Notes: generated by a model not told the origin, from the letters alone. A stretch of 64,000 nucleotides of DNA from an uncultured cyanobacterium (GCA_963740315.1 CAVUDP010000002.1:2528001-2592000), one strand, 5' to 3'; counted from the stretch's first letter, positions 21,309 to 32,392 are shown. Translations and numbers: made by a program.

Positions 21309-22748
21309 CTATAACAATGGAATATCATCATCAGATTCAGGAGCAGACAGTTTTTCTAACCAATCTTCACCCACCTGAATGCTAATATCGGAATCAAGGC
21401 TACCAGTACTTTCTACCCGCACTTCCCCAAATCCTAAAACGCTGCGGACTGATTCGGCACTGTTTTCGTCTCCTTGTTGAGCAACAACACGAGTTGATTT
21501 TAAAGGTTGACTCCAACTTTTGGCAACAAAAATGTTCGTATAACCGGCTTTTCGCAAGTTTCTAATTAAGCGTCGGAAACTAGCGTTATCATCGCCGGTA
21601 TGATTTTGAATCGCAACTCGTAAAGATGCTGGTTCAATAGGTTGTATTTCATTCTCAGTTTCTATGCCAAAGTGCTGAGCCATCATAGAGCTTATACGCC
21701 TTGGATTTGGTATCCAGTAGCTAGCATTGTACTCTTTGGGAGTACTAAAGCGTCCGGGTAACATTAACATTTGCATATTAGAGCGATTGGTTCGTACTCC
21801 AAAACCTACCAGCGCTAATAATTCTTCAACTGTCAAATTAGTATCGATATGTTCTTTGACTACGTTGAGAATTTTAGGTAATTGTGCTAATGTCGCTGGG
21901 TTGAGTGCCTGATCCATTAACGCTCGCATCACCAGTTGCTGGCGTTGAATGCGACCAATATCTCCTCTACCATCATTGCGAAAACGTAAAAGCTGTAGTG
22001 CTTTATCGCCATCCAGATGCTGTTTACCCGCTTTTAAATTTATGTATAAATGCTGAGAATCATCTTGATACTTCAAGTCTTCGGGAACGTTTACCGTTAC
22101 TCCTCCCAAAGCATCGATCAGCTTACCTACTCCTAAAACGTTAATCCTCATATAGCGGTCAATTGCGACTCCTCCTAAAAGGTTACTTACCGTTTTAGCG
22201 CTTAAAGCCGGACCGCCATTGACGTTGGAAGCATTAATTTTTTTTATACCATACCCTTCGATTCTGGTACGAGTATCTCTAGGAACAGAAAGCATGGTCA
22301 ACTTTTTATTCTGAGGGTCGAACTTTATCAAAAGCATGACATCAGCAAGACCATCAAAAGAATTAACTTGAGGTAGGTATCCCAAATCTCTAACTTGAGA
22401 TGGAGCATTTTGTGTATCGGGGGGGAGTACGCTCATTCCCATGACTAAAACATTTACGGGGCGAGTTAATTCTGAAAAGCGCAGTCCACCTCCAGTAATA
22501 CTGCCGCTCTTAAACTCAGCCGCTTCATCCGCGCTCAGGTTGGCTTGCATCAAAGGCGCACTGCTTAAAGAAACCGCCAAAAGCGCTCCTGCGGTAGCCG
22601 ATATCATCGCAATACCACTCATACCTACCCAGAACCACAACCACCTTCCGGATTTGGGGTTATTCCCTTTTTTGTCATTTGAATTAAGAGGGGACGCAGA
22701 TTGACTATCTTGCGCCGAAGTTCTTTGAATGGTCACTGACTTCCTCAC
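21309..22748 (-). CDS. LCP (LytR-CpsA-Psr) family protein with a C-terminal LytR_C domain
   Basis: Single TM segment, LSVPRDT, KINA, IDALGGV, FRND..GDIGRIQRQQ. Confidence 0.93.
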   Translation of the reverse strand: MRKSVTIQRTSAQDSQSASPLNSNDKKGNNPKSGRWLWFWVGMSGIAMISATAGALLAVSLSSAPLMQANLSADEAAEFKSGSITGGGLRFSELTRPVNVLVMGMSVLPPDTQNAPSQVRDLGYLPQVNSFDGLADVMLLIKFDPQNKKLTMLSVPRDTRTRIEGYGIKKINASNVNGGPALSAKTVSNLLGGVAIDRYMRINVLGVGKLIDALGGVTVNVPEDLKYQDDSQHLYINLKAGKQHLDGDKALQLLRFRNDGRGDIGRIQRQQLVMRALMDQALNPATLAQLPKILNVVKEHIDTNLTVEELLALVGFGVRTNRSNMQMLMLPGRFSTPKEYNASYWIPNPRRISSMMAQHFGIETENEIQPIEPASLRVAIQNHTGDDNASFRRLIRNLRKAGYTNIFVAKSWSQPLKSTRVVAQQGDENSAESVRSVLGFGEVRVESTGSLDSDISIQVGEDWLEKLSAPESDDDIPLL

Positions 22749-23027
22749 ACTTATTGATAAAAATTGAAATTTATGCTTTACATTTGTGCTGACGAATCAA
22801 CCCATAGTAGCTAACTCTTAATTATCAGTGGTAACTACACAACTTTCGTGTCAACCACAACACTTATAGCAGTATTTCTCCTACTTTTTAAGTTAATCCG
22901 GAGATGTTCAATAGAAGTATGGCAGCTTTATACTAAATTTGACTGTAAAACTATTGACAATCGCAGTCAAAAAAAATACTCTTGTCATCGGATTAAATCT
23001 GCTTGATTACAAGTATTTTTACCTTGA

Positions 23028-23432
23028 TTAAGATAAATATTTACTTACTACTTTTTCAGCAAACTGGCTAAATCCCGGTAAACGTTGAGACTTGCCTTTG
23101 AACGTGCGAATAATTAACCAAGCACTTACTACAAAATAGCCACTTGTTACAAAGCTGTTAAGAATTTGCAAGCGTAGTGCGAAAAATTCTGAAGTTGAAG
23201 CTCCAGTTCCCAACAATATGTATCCTAAGATCCAAGTTAGTGCTAATGTAATTGACAAACGAGAAGTTCTTAATTGTTCCCGGCTTCCTTCACGGCGATA
23301 AAGCGTCCATAAGGATGGGAAAAACCCAATTACCGGAATTAAATATATAAGCATTCCCATAAGAGAAATATCTTGCTTTTTTATTTTGCTTGAATTGGAG
23401 CTTGAATTTTGTTTAGATTCAAAATGCTTCAT
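23028..23432 (-). CDS. Hypothetical membrane protein
   Basis: Three hydrophobic segments, YLIPVIGFFPSLW. Confidence 0.75.
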   Translation of the reverse strand: MKHFESKQNSSSNSSKIKKQDISLMGMLIYLIPVIGFFPSLWTLYRREGSREQLRTSRLSITLALTWILGYILLGTGASTSEFFALRLQILNSFVTSGYFVVSAWLIIRTFKGKSQRLPGFSQFAEKVVSKYLS

Positions 23433-23544
23433 TAGTTTGAGTAAAATCCTGAACTAGGGGGATGAGCTATTGGTCTATAGTCGGAGATAATAAGTTTATA
23501 ATCGAACATTTTATTCGTTGACCAATGCCAATTGGCTTTTTTTT

Positions 23545-24747
23545 ATGCATACACTTAAGCTGCTTAACTGGTGGCAAAGATTATCACCAATAGCGCGAAT
23601 CGGCGCGATCGCCGTTTTTGCCCCGCTTTTAGTGCTTAATGGTTGGGCGTTTTCAGTAATTTTTGATTACTTCCACTCGCTGATAGTCATTTTAGCCGGA
23701 GCTTCGGTGTTAGCGTTTCTGCTCAACTATCCCGTAAGCTGGATGGAGCGTCAAGGTCTAAACCGCGAACCGATTGCAATTTTAGTATTTTTACTGAGTC
23801 TATCTATCTTATTGGCATTGGGTGTGACGCTTGTTCCCTTAGCGTTTACTCAAGCCCAACAGTTAGTAGCTCGTTTACCGGAGTTGATTGATTCGGGACG
23901 CAATCAGTTGATGATGTTGAATCAGAAAGCCGATAGTTTCGGTTTACCAATCAATCTCGATGCTTTACTAGTACAGATTAATGACCGTGTTAAAGGACAA
24001 TTGCAAGCTATAGCCGGACAAGTATTGAATTTAGCGGTAGTCACGGTAACAAGTTTGCTCGATATTGTCTTGACTATGGTTCTAACATTTTATCTGTTGC
24101 AGCATGGAGGGGATCTTTGGCAAAGTTTGATCGGTTGGCTTCCTACCAGATTTCGCGAACCTTTTTCGGAAACAGTACGCCTTAGCTTTCAAAATTTCTT
24201 TATCACCCAGCTGATTTTATCGGTTTGTATGGCATCAGCGTTGATTCCGACGTTTTTATGGCTAAAAGTACCTTTTGGTTTGCTGTTTGGCTTGACTATC
24301 GGAATTATGGCGCTAATTCCCTTTGGCGGCTCTGTAGGTATTGCCCTTACGACATCCTTGGTAGCACTGCAAGATTTCTGGATTGGGATGAGGGCATTAA
24401 TGGCTGCGGTAATCGTACAGCAAATACTCGAAAATATCATTGCTCCGAGAATTTTAGGTAGCTTTACAGGTTTAAATCCCGTCTGGATTTTAATTTCGGT
24501 GTTAACGGGGGCTAGAGTGGGTGGACTTTTAGGTGTAATTGTAGCGGTACCTAGCGCTGTTGTCATTAAAACAGCTTTAAGCGCTGTACGTCCTTCTATT
24601 TCTAATAACGAGCAAAACGATCGCGATGGTATCGTTTCCGAACAAAGTGGAGATTCTCACCATAAAAAAATTGAAGACACCAATTCCGAACTTAGTGTCC
24701 CTCCTGTAGATGTAGCTGCACCAAAAACATCTCCTCCTACTGCTTAA
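23545..24747 (+). CDS. AI-2E family transporter
   Basis: LAFLLNYPV, LIPFGG, ENIIAPRILG..GLNPVW, GGLLGVIVAVP. Confidence 0.92.
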   Translation: MHTLKLLNWWQRLSPIARIGAIAVFAPLLVLNGWAFSVIFDYFHSLIVILAGASVLAFLLNYPVSWMERQGLNREPIAILVFLLSLSILLALGVTLVPLAFTQAQQLVARLPELIDSGRNQLMMLNQKADSFGLPINLDALLVQINDRVKGQLQAIAGQVLNLAVVTVTSLLDIVLTMVLTFYLLQHGGDLWQSLIGWLPTRFREPFSETVRLSFQNFFITQLILSVCMASALIPTFLWLKVPFGLLFGLTIGIMALIPFGGSVGIALTTSLVALQDFWIGMRALMAAVIVQQILENIIAPRILGSFTGLNPVWILISVLTGARVGGLLGVIVAVPSAVVIKTALSAVRPSISNNEQNDRDGIVSEQSGDSHHKKIEDTNSELSVPPVDVAAPKTSPPTA

Positions 24748-24773
24748 TCAAAGTATGAATCTATCTTTATTCT

Positions 24774-26105
24774 TCAGGAAACTGGTTCTACTATTGAACC
24801 CATAAATAAAATACTTTGGGTTTGATTATCTCGAATCGCGCAGAAAAAGGGACGGTTCACAATCATCTGAAACGGTTGTTGGGAAGGTATTTTTGCTGAC
24901 GTTACTTCTATTCCAACTGAAGTTGTTGCAGCAGCCTCGGTTCCTTCTTCATTTACTTCGACAAAAGTTTTATGTTTAACTTCGCTAATTTTAAGGTTAT
25001 TTCCCATTTCTGAGAAATTGGCGTTATCGCTGAATGCTTCTTCCATTCCTAAAGCTGAAAGTGAATTATTAAGTGTAGCTTCATAATCCATTTTGAAGCG
25101 TGGTAAACGCATAAAACCGTCTCGAAGCGCAAACTGTGACATCCATTTTTCCCAGTTAGCTGCATTCAAGTTTTCGTGAAAAGATTTCAAATTAGAGTTT
25201 TCTTTGGGTAAAAATACATAAAAGCTAACTCTACCGTTTTCACCATAAGGTAAACTCACGGCTTGAAATTGTTCGGTTTCGTAATATTTGTACTCACCCG
25301 ATTGCGACATCATTGGATGTTGTTTTTCCTCACCCGACGCAAGATAAAAAGGTAATTGAGCGGTTTTTTCTGGCTCAAATTCTTTTGTCCAACTACCTTT
25401 AAAATAAATTGCGTTCAGTAGAAAAAGTACTCGATTTGGGTCTATTTTTTCGACAATCTTGTCTATTTTACCTTGTGTATTTTCTTTAACCCAATTATTA
25501 ATTATGCTAGCTGTGCCTGTATCTGCAAAATCTAAAGAGGTCACTTTTGCTTGATAAAAATCTTGGTTATTTTGAATAAAATCTGGTTTCAAGCTAGCAT
25601 TTTTGTCTGCCCACAGCGAGTTAGCAATATTTAATGTTACTTGAGAATCGGGGTTTTCTAAACTTGCTTTTAATTTAGCGTAAGAAGAATTAATTTGTTG
25701 AAGATTCATTCCCTGCAATTCTAATGTTTTAGCCATTGCCGATTGAGTGTTACCACTAGCCCCGTTGTAAGTCATAGCTAAAGCAAGAGCTATACTCGAA
25801 GGTGAAAAAAAGATATTTTTGTTATTATCTTGAATCAATAATTTTGAAAATAAATTGAAGCCGAATTTAGTGTTGGCAGATACAAATTTTGGATCCATTG
25901 ATGCAGCTTTGTCTGAAACTGGTAACTCCGATTGCGGTACTTGTGATTCAGCTAAGGCGCTATTATTACCATTACTCAATTGAGAACAACCTATTACACC
26001 CATAAGCATAACCCCAGCAGCAGCTAGAACATAACGTCTTCCTAAACTAACTGCGTAACGTCTTTGTAAAAAGTTTTGCCGAGCATTGTTTAATTTTTGT
26101 TTCAT
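24774..26105 (-). CDS. Serpin (probable lipoprotein)
   Basis: NIFFSPSSI, NAIYFKGSW, VNEEGTEAAA hinge, NRPFF; signal peptide ending VIGC. Confidence 0.96.
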   Translation of the reverse strand: MKQKLNNARQNFLQRRYAVSLGRRYVLAAAGVMLMGVIGCSQLSNGNNSALAESQVPQSELPVSDKAASMDPKFVSANTKFGFNLFSKLLIQDNNKNIFFSPSSIALALAMTYNGASGNTQSAMAKTLELQGMNLQQINSSYAKLKASLENPDSQVTLNIANSLWADKNASLKPDFIQNNQDFYQAKVTSLDFADTGTASIINNWVKENTQGKIDKIVEKIDPNRVLFLLNAIYFKGSWTKEFEPEKTAQLPFYLASGEEKQHPMMSQSGEYKYYETEQFQAVSLPYGENGRVSFYVFLPKENSNLKSFHENLNAANWEKWMSQFALRDGFMRLPRFKMDYEATLNNSLSALGMEEAFSDNANFSEMGNNLKISEVKHKTFVEVNEEGTEAAATTSVGIEVTSAKIPSQQPFQMIVNRPFFCAIRDNQTQSILFMGSIVEPVS

Positions 26106-26363
26106 CTCACCACCATATAGCAATCATGCTTTACTTCAACTATGACATTTAGTATTAGAGAATAGTTGGATGGTTACAGTTTCGGCAACAGAATATTGCT
26201 GCCAATTATTATTTATTTAATTGAAAATAAAATATTAAGATTTTGGTTATTTAGATTACAAATATAATAAACATATCATATACTATCCTAAAGATAGAGG
26301 CAATTGAAACCACGCAAATATTTAAAATATTTTAATTAGACCAACTTTATTTGACCTGACGTA

Positions 26364-28742
26364 ATGAGCGATCGAAATCATAGTCTAAGTAACAATATTT
26401 CGTTTCAAGAAGTTTTAAGACTTGTTGAGAATTTAGTGCTGACTAAAACGGGCAAGCATCTGTCTAATATAGAATTATTAGTTTTACGAGGTTCTTGGAA
26501 AGGTCAAAAATATAACCAAATTGCGGCTGAAGGTGGTTATACCAATGAATATCTAAAAAATGATGTTGGACCAAAACTCTGGAAACGTTTGTCGATCGCT
26601 TTAGCAAATAAAATTAATAAAAATAATTTTAAAGCAATTCTCGAACAATACTTTTATCAACAAGAAAAAGGTGAATTAATCGCTAAACAGTTATCAAGTG
26701 AATATTGCTTGATTAATAACCTGAATCCACACGCACCACAACCTACATATCACAATCTTCCCTCACGAGATTATACAAGATTAGTGGGTCGTGAAGCAGA
26801 AGCAAAAAGAATACTGGAATTAATTTCTCCGGAATGGGCAACGCCTTGTCTAAGTATTGAAGGAATTGGAGGTGCTGGAAAAACAACTTTAGCTTTGGAT
26901 ATTGCTTACCGTTGTTTGAAAGCTAGTAACGATGTTTACCTGGGAAGGACGTTATCCGATATTCCTACTTTTGAATTAATAGTATTTACTTCTGCAAAAT
27001 CTCAATTATTTACGCCTAAAGGTATTTTACCTCGCTTAAGACGAGAAAGAACTTTAATCGATATTTTTACAAGTATTATACGGACAATAAGCTTTTATAA
27101 TTCTCCTCCCGCAAATTTTGCTGATACTTACGAGCAAATTTATAAATGCTTAGCAAATATGCGGACTTTATTAATTATTGATAATTTAGATACTTTAGAA
27201 GATCGGCAGCAAATACTAAGTTTTTTATACGAACTTCCCCCCACCGTCAAAGCAATAATCACTAGTAGAGAAAAAACTCCATTCACTTCAGTTAATCTGT
27301 CATCTTTGACTAAAACAGAAGCTTTATTATTAATTCAACAAAAAGCAGCCGAAAAACAAGTAGACTTGAATTTAAAACAATACGTTCAAATATCTCAAAC
27401 TACAGGAAGAATCCCTGCTGCAATCATCTATGCTATTAGTCAGTTAGCCGCAGGTTATAGCCTCGATCGTATAATAAGCGGATTAATGCCTATTCAAGGA
27501 GATTTTTGTCGATTTTACTTCGAGAGTTCCGTGCAGCCATTAAAAGGGCAAGTAGCCCATCAATTGTTAATGGCTTTGTCGCTTTTTGCTAAACACTCAT
27601 TACCTGAAGCGATACGCACTGTTGCTGGAGTAGATAATGATTTAAGTACGGCAGATGGTTTCGCCTTATTACAACAACTTTCCTTGATGAATTGTCAAGG
27701 AGGGCGTTATTCAATGCTACCTTTAACTCGTGAATACGCGCTTTGGGAAATGTCTTGCAATCCTGAATTTGAAGTTAATGCTCGTAATAATTGGGTAAAC
27801 TGGTATCTTAACTTTTCTCAACAGCATGGAGGTAAAGATTGGCGAGAATGGCAAGATTATCAACAGCTAGAACAAGAATGGGATAACTTAACAGAGGCGA
27901 TCGAATGGTGTATTTCAAATAACCGTTACCACGATGTCTGCAAACTTTGGCAAAACGTGAAATGCTATACATATTCACTCGCCTATCGCCAAAATCGTTT
28001 AAGTTATTGGGATGCACCGCTGTTATGGTTAGAATGGCTGAGTGAATCGGCATTTTCCCGTCACGAGTTAGCAAGCGCTGCCGAAATAATTAGCGATCGC
28101 GCTTGGAAGTTGACTTTGATGGGAGAAGAGCATTTAGCTACAGCGAAGGATTTGTTTCGCCAAGCTTGGGAATTGCATCAGTATCTAACGTTAGATATGC
28201 AGGTAGATTTAGCGATTCATATTGGTGTATGGCATATTCAAAAGCAGCAATTCGCACAAGCAACATATTGGCTGAATCAAGCTCGTGACTTATTAGATTC
28301 AGATAATTCTCAAATAGATTCCTATGTTACGACTCGTTTATCTCTACAGGTTCTTTATTATCAAGGCGAGATTTATTATAAAACCGAGAATTATCGAGAA
28401 AGTCAAATTTTATTTAAACAAATATTTCAACAAGCTCAATTAATTGGTTGGCAGCGTGCTAGTTTTCTTGCAAAAGACTTTTTAGCAGATATTGCAATTA
28501 AGCAAGGGAAATTAAATCAAGCGCAAAATTATTTGACAGAACTTTTACAAGTAGCAGAAGAGAACCAAGATAAATGTAGTAGAGCATATACAAAGCGTTC
28601 TTTAGCTCGTTTGGAAACAAAATTAGGTAACTTTAATATAGCCAAACGCTGGATAAATGAAGCTATGACAGATTTTGACACTTTAGGTATGAAGACAGAA
28701 CTATCGGAAACTCAAGCATTACTGCAAGTTATTCAGTCTTGA
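26364..28742 (+). CDS. STAND NTPase: N-terminal HTH-like domain + NB-ARC + TPR-like C-terminus
   Basis: HNLP..LVGRE, Walker A GIGGAGKTT, Walker B LLIIDNLD, IITSR, YSMLPLTREY; N-terminus YNQIA..GY..YLKNDVGPKLW. Confidence 0.85.
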   Translation: MSDRNHSLSNNISFQEVLRLVENLVLTKTGKHLSNIELLVLRGSWKGQKYNQIAAEGGYTNEYLKNDVGPKLWKRLSIALANKINKNNFKAILEQYFYQQEKGELIAKQLSSEYCLINNLNPHAPQPTYHNLPSRDYTRLVGREAEAKRILELISPEWATPCLSIEGIGGAGKTTLALDIAYRCLKASNDVYLGRTLSDIPTFELIVFTSAKSQLFTPKGILPRLRRERTLIDIFTSIIRTISFYNSPPANFADTYEQIYKCLANMRTLLIIDNLDTLEDRQQILSFLYELPPTVKAIITSREKTPFTSVNLSSLTKTEALLLIQQKAAEKQVDLNLKQYVQISQTTGRIPAAIIYAISQLAAGYSLDRIISGLMPIQGDFCRFYFESSVQPLKGQVAHQLLMALSLFAKHSLPEAIRTVAGVDNDLSTADGFALLQQLSLMNCQGGRYSMLPLTREYALWEMSCNPEFEVNARNNWVNWYLNFSQQHGGKDWREWQDYQQLEQEWDNLTEAIEWCISNNRYHDVCKLWQNVKCYTYSLAYRQNRLSYWDAPLLWLEWLSESAFSRHELASAAEIISDRAWKLTLMGEEHLATAKDLFRQAWELHQYLTLDMQVDLAIHIGVWHIQKQQFAQATYWLNQARDLLDSDNSQIDSYVTTRLSLQVLYYQGEIYYKTENYRESQILFKQIFQQAQLIGWQRASFLAKDFLADIAIKQGKLNQAQNYLTELLQVAEENQDKCSRAYTKRSLARLETKLGNFNIAKRWINEAMTDFDTLGMKTELSETQALLQVIQS

Positions 28743-29111
28743 TTATGTGAAATTAAATAAGATAATATAAAATAAAAATTAGCGCAATTATTGTATTACT
28801 AACAGTTAACTTTGAATGAATTGCAAGTCCTTTAGCCTATTAATTTGATTTACAAAATTTAATAAATTATAATAAATTATAATAAAGTTTAAAATTATAT
28901 TATAATAACTACCTTTTACTTAACTTTTCCCTGCTGACAAAAACGAAATTATGCTTAAAAATATGAAGGTGTCATCTGCTTTTTACCTATAAAGCAGTTA
29001 GCTTTATTCAAGGTATACACAGTTAGAACACACTGATAGAGGTTTTTGGCGTTAGGGTGGCATCTTTTTTCACACTTATTAAAAAAAAATCAAGTTTTCA
29101 CAGGAGTAAAA

Positions 29112-29168
29112 ATGTGTTGTGAATATCTACTTTTGATTAAGATATTGCTGCAATCATTTCTGCCCTGA
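29112..29168 (+). CDS. Possible 18-aa small ORF MCCEYLLLIKILLQSFLP
   Basis: AGGAG Shine-Dalgarno 5 nt upstream of the ATG; no other support. Confidence 0.3.
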   Translation: MCCEYLLLIKILLQSFLP

Positions 29169-29212
29169 CATTAGCAGCACCAACAAATTTTCTGAAAGAT
29201 AACTACCAAAAA

Positions 29213-29704
29213 ATGAGCAATAATAGGCTTCGTAGGTTATTTGTAATAGATCCCGCGATTAAAGATTTTCATTTATTAGCAAAGCTTGGATCGGAAGGTA
29301 TAATGCCCCAAGCAGAGGTTGTTGTATTAGAACCTGATAAAAAAGAGATCGAGCAAATTACTCGTGTCGTGCAAAAATACGTTGAACTTTCGGATATTCA
29401 TATCATTTCCCAAGGTTCACCAGGTTGTTTATATTTAGGAAATAGTAGATTATCCGTTTATAACTTCAACTACTATGCTTCTCAATTGAAAAATTGGACA
29501 GTTAACAATATTTTCTTATACGGTTGTAATATAGGTGCTGATGAAATTGGCAAAAAATTTATCTTACGTTTATACAAAGCAACTGGCGCAAACATTTCTA
29601 CTTTGGTTAGCACACAAAGAATGCATACAAAAGTAGGAATTGGTATTTGGACTAAAAGTCAATATACGTTAATCAAACCACAGTTAGCAGCACAAACAGC
29701 ATAG
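29213..29704 (+). CDS. Stand-alone DUF4347-like domain protein (divergent)
   Basis: LFVIDP, EQIT, IHIISQGSPGCLYLG, LYGCNIG, ATGANI. Confidence 0.75.
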   Translation: MSNNRLRRLFVIDPAIKDFHLLAKLGSEGIMPQAEVVVLEPDKKEIEQITRVVQKYVELSDIHIISQGSPGCLYLGNSRLSVYNFNYYASQLKNWTVNNIFLYGCNIGADEIGKKFILRLYKATGANISTLVSTQRMHTKVGIGIWTKSQYTLIKPQLAAQTA

Positions 29705-29780
29705 TGGTTCACCACATAAGTTATGTCGGTGGAGTAAAGCTTGGCATTTTAACCCCACCATTATCATTGAGCCAATTGTG

Positions 29781-30305
29781 CTAATTGAGTAGATATTCAA
29801 TTTCGATCGCACTAAAAATATCACCGATATCTATACCCGGTCGAATCAGTTGTGTTATCTTACCAATAGGTTGACAGTCAGCCGCCATGCTTGGTTTAGA
29901 GATTTCCATAGTTGTGCCAAAGTGTTCTTGAAAAAGTACTTCGGTTTGTTCAAAAGCTGTTTTTAAATTATCTCTATCTATTTTACCCCGCTTGCCAAAA
30001 TAAGGAAAATGATGAATAAATCTACCAAATAGTATTTCGCAATCTTGGGCGTATTTGATCGTATCAAGAATGTGATAATGCCATACTCGGTCAATTTCTT
30101 GATTTGGGACGATTTGACTGTTAGGATAAAGGTAAATTAACAGTAAAAACATCAAATAGCGGGAAATAGCTTGTTTTGTCTGTTGAATATTCCATTTCTC
30201 TTCATTAGAATGTATCAATCTATAGGCGATCGATCCTAAGTCGAGCTGTGTTAATTTACTGATGAACCTTTGAACATCAGTAGGTATAGATTTAGCGAAT
30301 AACAT
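29781..30305 (-). CDS. Glycine-rich-domain (GRDP/DUF1399-like) protein
   Basis: RYLMFLLL, VPNQEIDRVWHYHILDTIKYAQDC, FGRFIHHFPYFG. Confidence 0.78.
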   Translation of the reverse strand: MLFAKSIPTDVQRFISKLTQLDLGSIAYRLIHSNEEKWNIQQTKQAISRYLMFLLLIYLYPNSQIVPNQEIDRVWHYHILDTIKYAQDCEILFGRFIHHFPYFGKRGKIDRDNLKTAFEQTEVLFQEHFGTTMEISKPSMAADCQPIGKITQLIRPGIDIGDIFSAIEIEYLLN

Positions 30306-30782
30306 TGCTTCGGCTCCGAATAAAAAAATTGAGTGAAAGAGGAGCAAATTTGATTCCACAAACCAAACTCCGTTGAGATTAATTCTCTATCCGGTTTTTT
30401 TTTGATACAAAGTGTTTTTTTATACGTTCTTCATATGAATGCAAAGTTTTTGTGAAGAAGTTGGAAGCAGTTGTAAAAAGTTAGAAAGCCTTGAAAGTAA
30501 GTCGGTATTAAAAATCGTAATTATGACTGGGGAGTAGGGAGTAGGGTTGGGGGCAGTAGTGGCAAGGTTTTGAAGCAAATTTACCCAACCGTTACCGCCG
30601 TTGAGTTTGTTTGTGCCGACTTACTTAAAATTTTGTTTAATCTTCACCTAAATAAAAGCTTGTTTTCTCAAAAATTACCGATTTTTAATTTAAAATTATC
30701 TATTTTTTTGAAATGTAAATTTAGTTTAAAAACGAACATAAAAAAAAGGGTATGGGAAATACCCTTAATTCAAAATATATAA

Positions 30783-32384
30783 TTATTTAGAAGCAGTCCA
30801 CCAAGCTAAAGCATAAGGTTGAGTTGGTTCGTTGATGCTATTTTTAAACTTGACGCTGATTTTATAATTACCATCTTCGGGTACTTTACAAAAAATATGT
30901 TCTACGCTATCAACTCGGCTAACAGAAGCACAACTACTGCGATTATTTTTATCTTTTGCGTCTGCTTTTACTAAATGCAAATCGAGATTATTTAAACCGC
31001 GATCGCGAAAAATTTCCCCTTTATCATATCTACCATTTTTGTTAGTATCGCCGAGTTCTACTAACCTATCCCAAGCTAAAGTAATAGCCACAAAACTTCC
31101 CTTTTGTAAAGGTTTTGTTAAAGCGTAATCCGCAGATGTTCCGGCGAAAATTGCCCGATAATCCCAACCAATAGCCGGTACTGCTTGTGATGGAGTCCAT
31201 TGTCCGGCGCTAAACTGTTGGTAAGCACGAAAAGCATTTAAATGTCCGGTTCCCATTTGAGTATGTAAGGGAATTGCTGTGTCTCTGAAAGCATCAGAAT
31301 CCAACCAATCTTTATTTTGTTTATCAATTAAAGTGCGAGTCATTCCCAACTTCAAGCCATTGCGATCGTCTTGAATCTTGTCCGTTGAATTGAGTAAAAC
31401 AGCTTTCATAACTTCATGACGGCGAGAATCAATACTCCAAGCTTTTTGTTGAGCGGGTAATTTTTGAGCAAGTCTTAACATCCGATCGCCAAATTCTTGC
31501 AGCAAAGCGATCGTACCCGTAACGTGAGGCGCGGCAAAACTCGTTCCCGTCACCTTTTTAGTTCGTCCATCGGGATTGAGCAACTCAATGCGATTTCCAG
31601 GTGCAACAATGCTAATAGTACGACGCGGACCTAAATTAAGTTCCTTCCCTGCTAAACGTGCAGTCATTGACTGATTAATAGCCACCAAATTTGAGACATC
31701 AAGTTTTCTAAAAATCTCTCCTCGGCGAGAGGAAAAAGCAATATTCATTCCATTAAAATTATCTGTAGGAATGGGAATACCGCCCTTACCTTGATTACCC
31801 GCGATCGCATACAAAACATTATGAACGCGACTTGACCAATCAACGCATAATGTCAGCAAAGCTTTACCATCCAAAACCGGATCTGGTCTGGGATCGCGAC
31901 TTAAAGGTTCGCCAAAGCTAAAATTAATAGCCCGAACATCATTACCGTTTTGTAAAGCAATATGTTGTGCCGATAAACATTCCTCCGGTTGCCCCATACC
32001 CTTGGTAGAGCCGACGGCAGAAGAATACAAACGCGCTCCCGGAGCAACACCCCGAAACCCCTTATCATTACTAACCATCACGCCAGCGACATTATAGGCA
32101 TGAGGATCGACACCTTTATTAGATAAGGCAGGTTTATTGCGCTGGAAAACACCCGCCAAAGATATAGAACGATTTTTGGAAACAGATTTATCCACGCCAA
32201 ATTGACCCGGACGACCAATTTCCACTTGACCAAGAGCAATTTTTCTACCAGATAAATTATATGGTGGTTTATGTAGCCTTAAAGCATCAATACCTCCACT
32301 ACCAACAGAACTAGTCAAAGCCAATACCGGCAAGCTCAAACAAGAAGCACTTAATCCCCAAATCACCCAGGTTAGTTTTTTCAT
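30783..32384 (-). CDS. S8 subtilase-family serine peptidase, secreted
   Basis: Signal peptide, HAYNVAG, AGN oxyanion residue, GTSFAAPHVTG. Confidence 0.9.
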   Translation of the reverse strand: MKKLTWVIWGLSASCLSLPVLALTSSVGSGGIDALRLHKPPYNLSGRKIALGQVEIGRPGQFGVDKSVSKNRSISLAGVFQRNKPALSNKGVDPHAYNVAGVMVSNDKGFRGVAPGARLYSSAVGSTKGMGQPEECLSAQHIALQNGNDVRAINFSFGEPLSRDPRPDPVLDGKALLTLCVDWSSRVHNVLYAIAGNQGKGGIPIPTDNFNGMNIAFSSRRGEIFRKLDVSNLVAINQSMTARLAGKELNLGPRRTISIVAPGNRIELLNPDGRTKKVTGTSFAAPHVTGTIALLQEFGDRMLRLAQKLPAQQKAWSIDSRRHEVMKAVLLNSTDKIQDDRNGLKLGMTRTLIDKQNKDWLDSDAFRDTAIPLHTQMGTGHLNAFRAYQQFSAGQWTPSQAVPAIGWDYRAIFAGTSADYALTKPLQKGSFVAITLAWDRLVELGDTNKNGRYDKGEIFRDRGLNNLDLHLVKADAKDKNNRSSCASVSRVDSVEHIFCKVPEDGNYKISVKFKNSINEPTQPYALAWWTASK

Positions 32385-32392
32385 AAAGTAGT

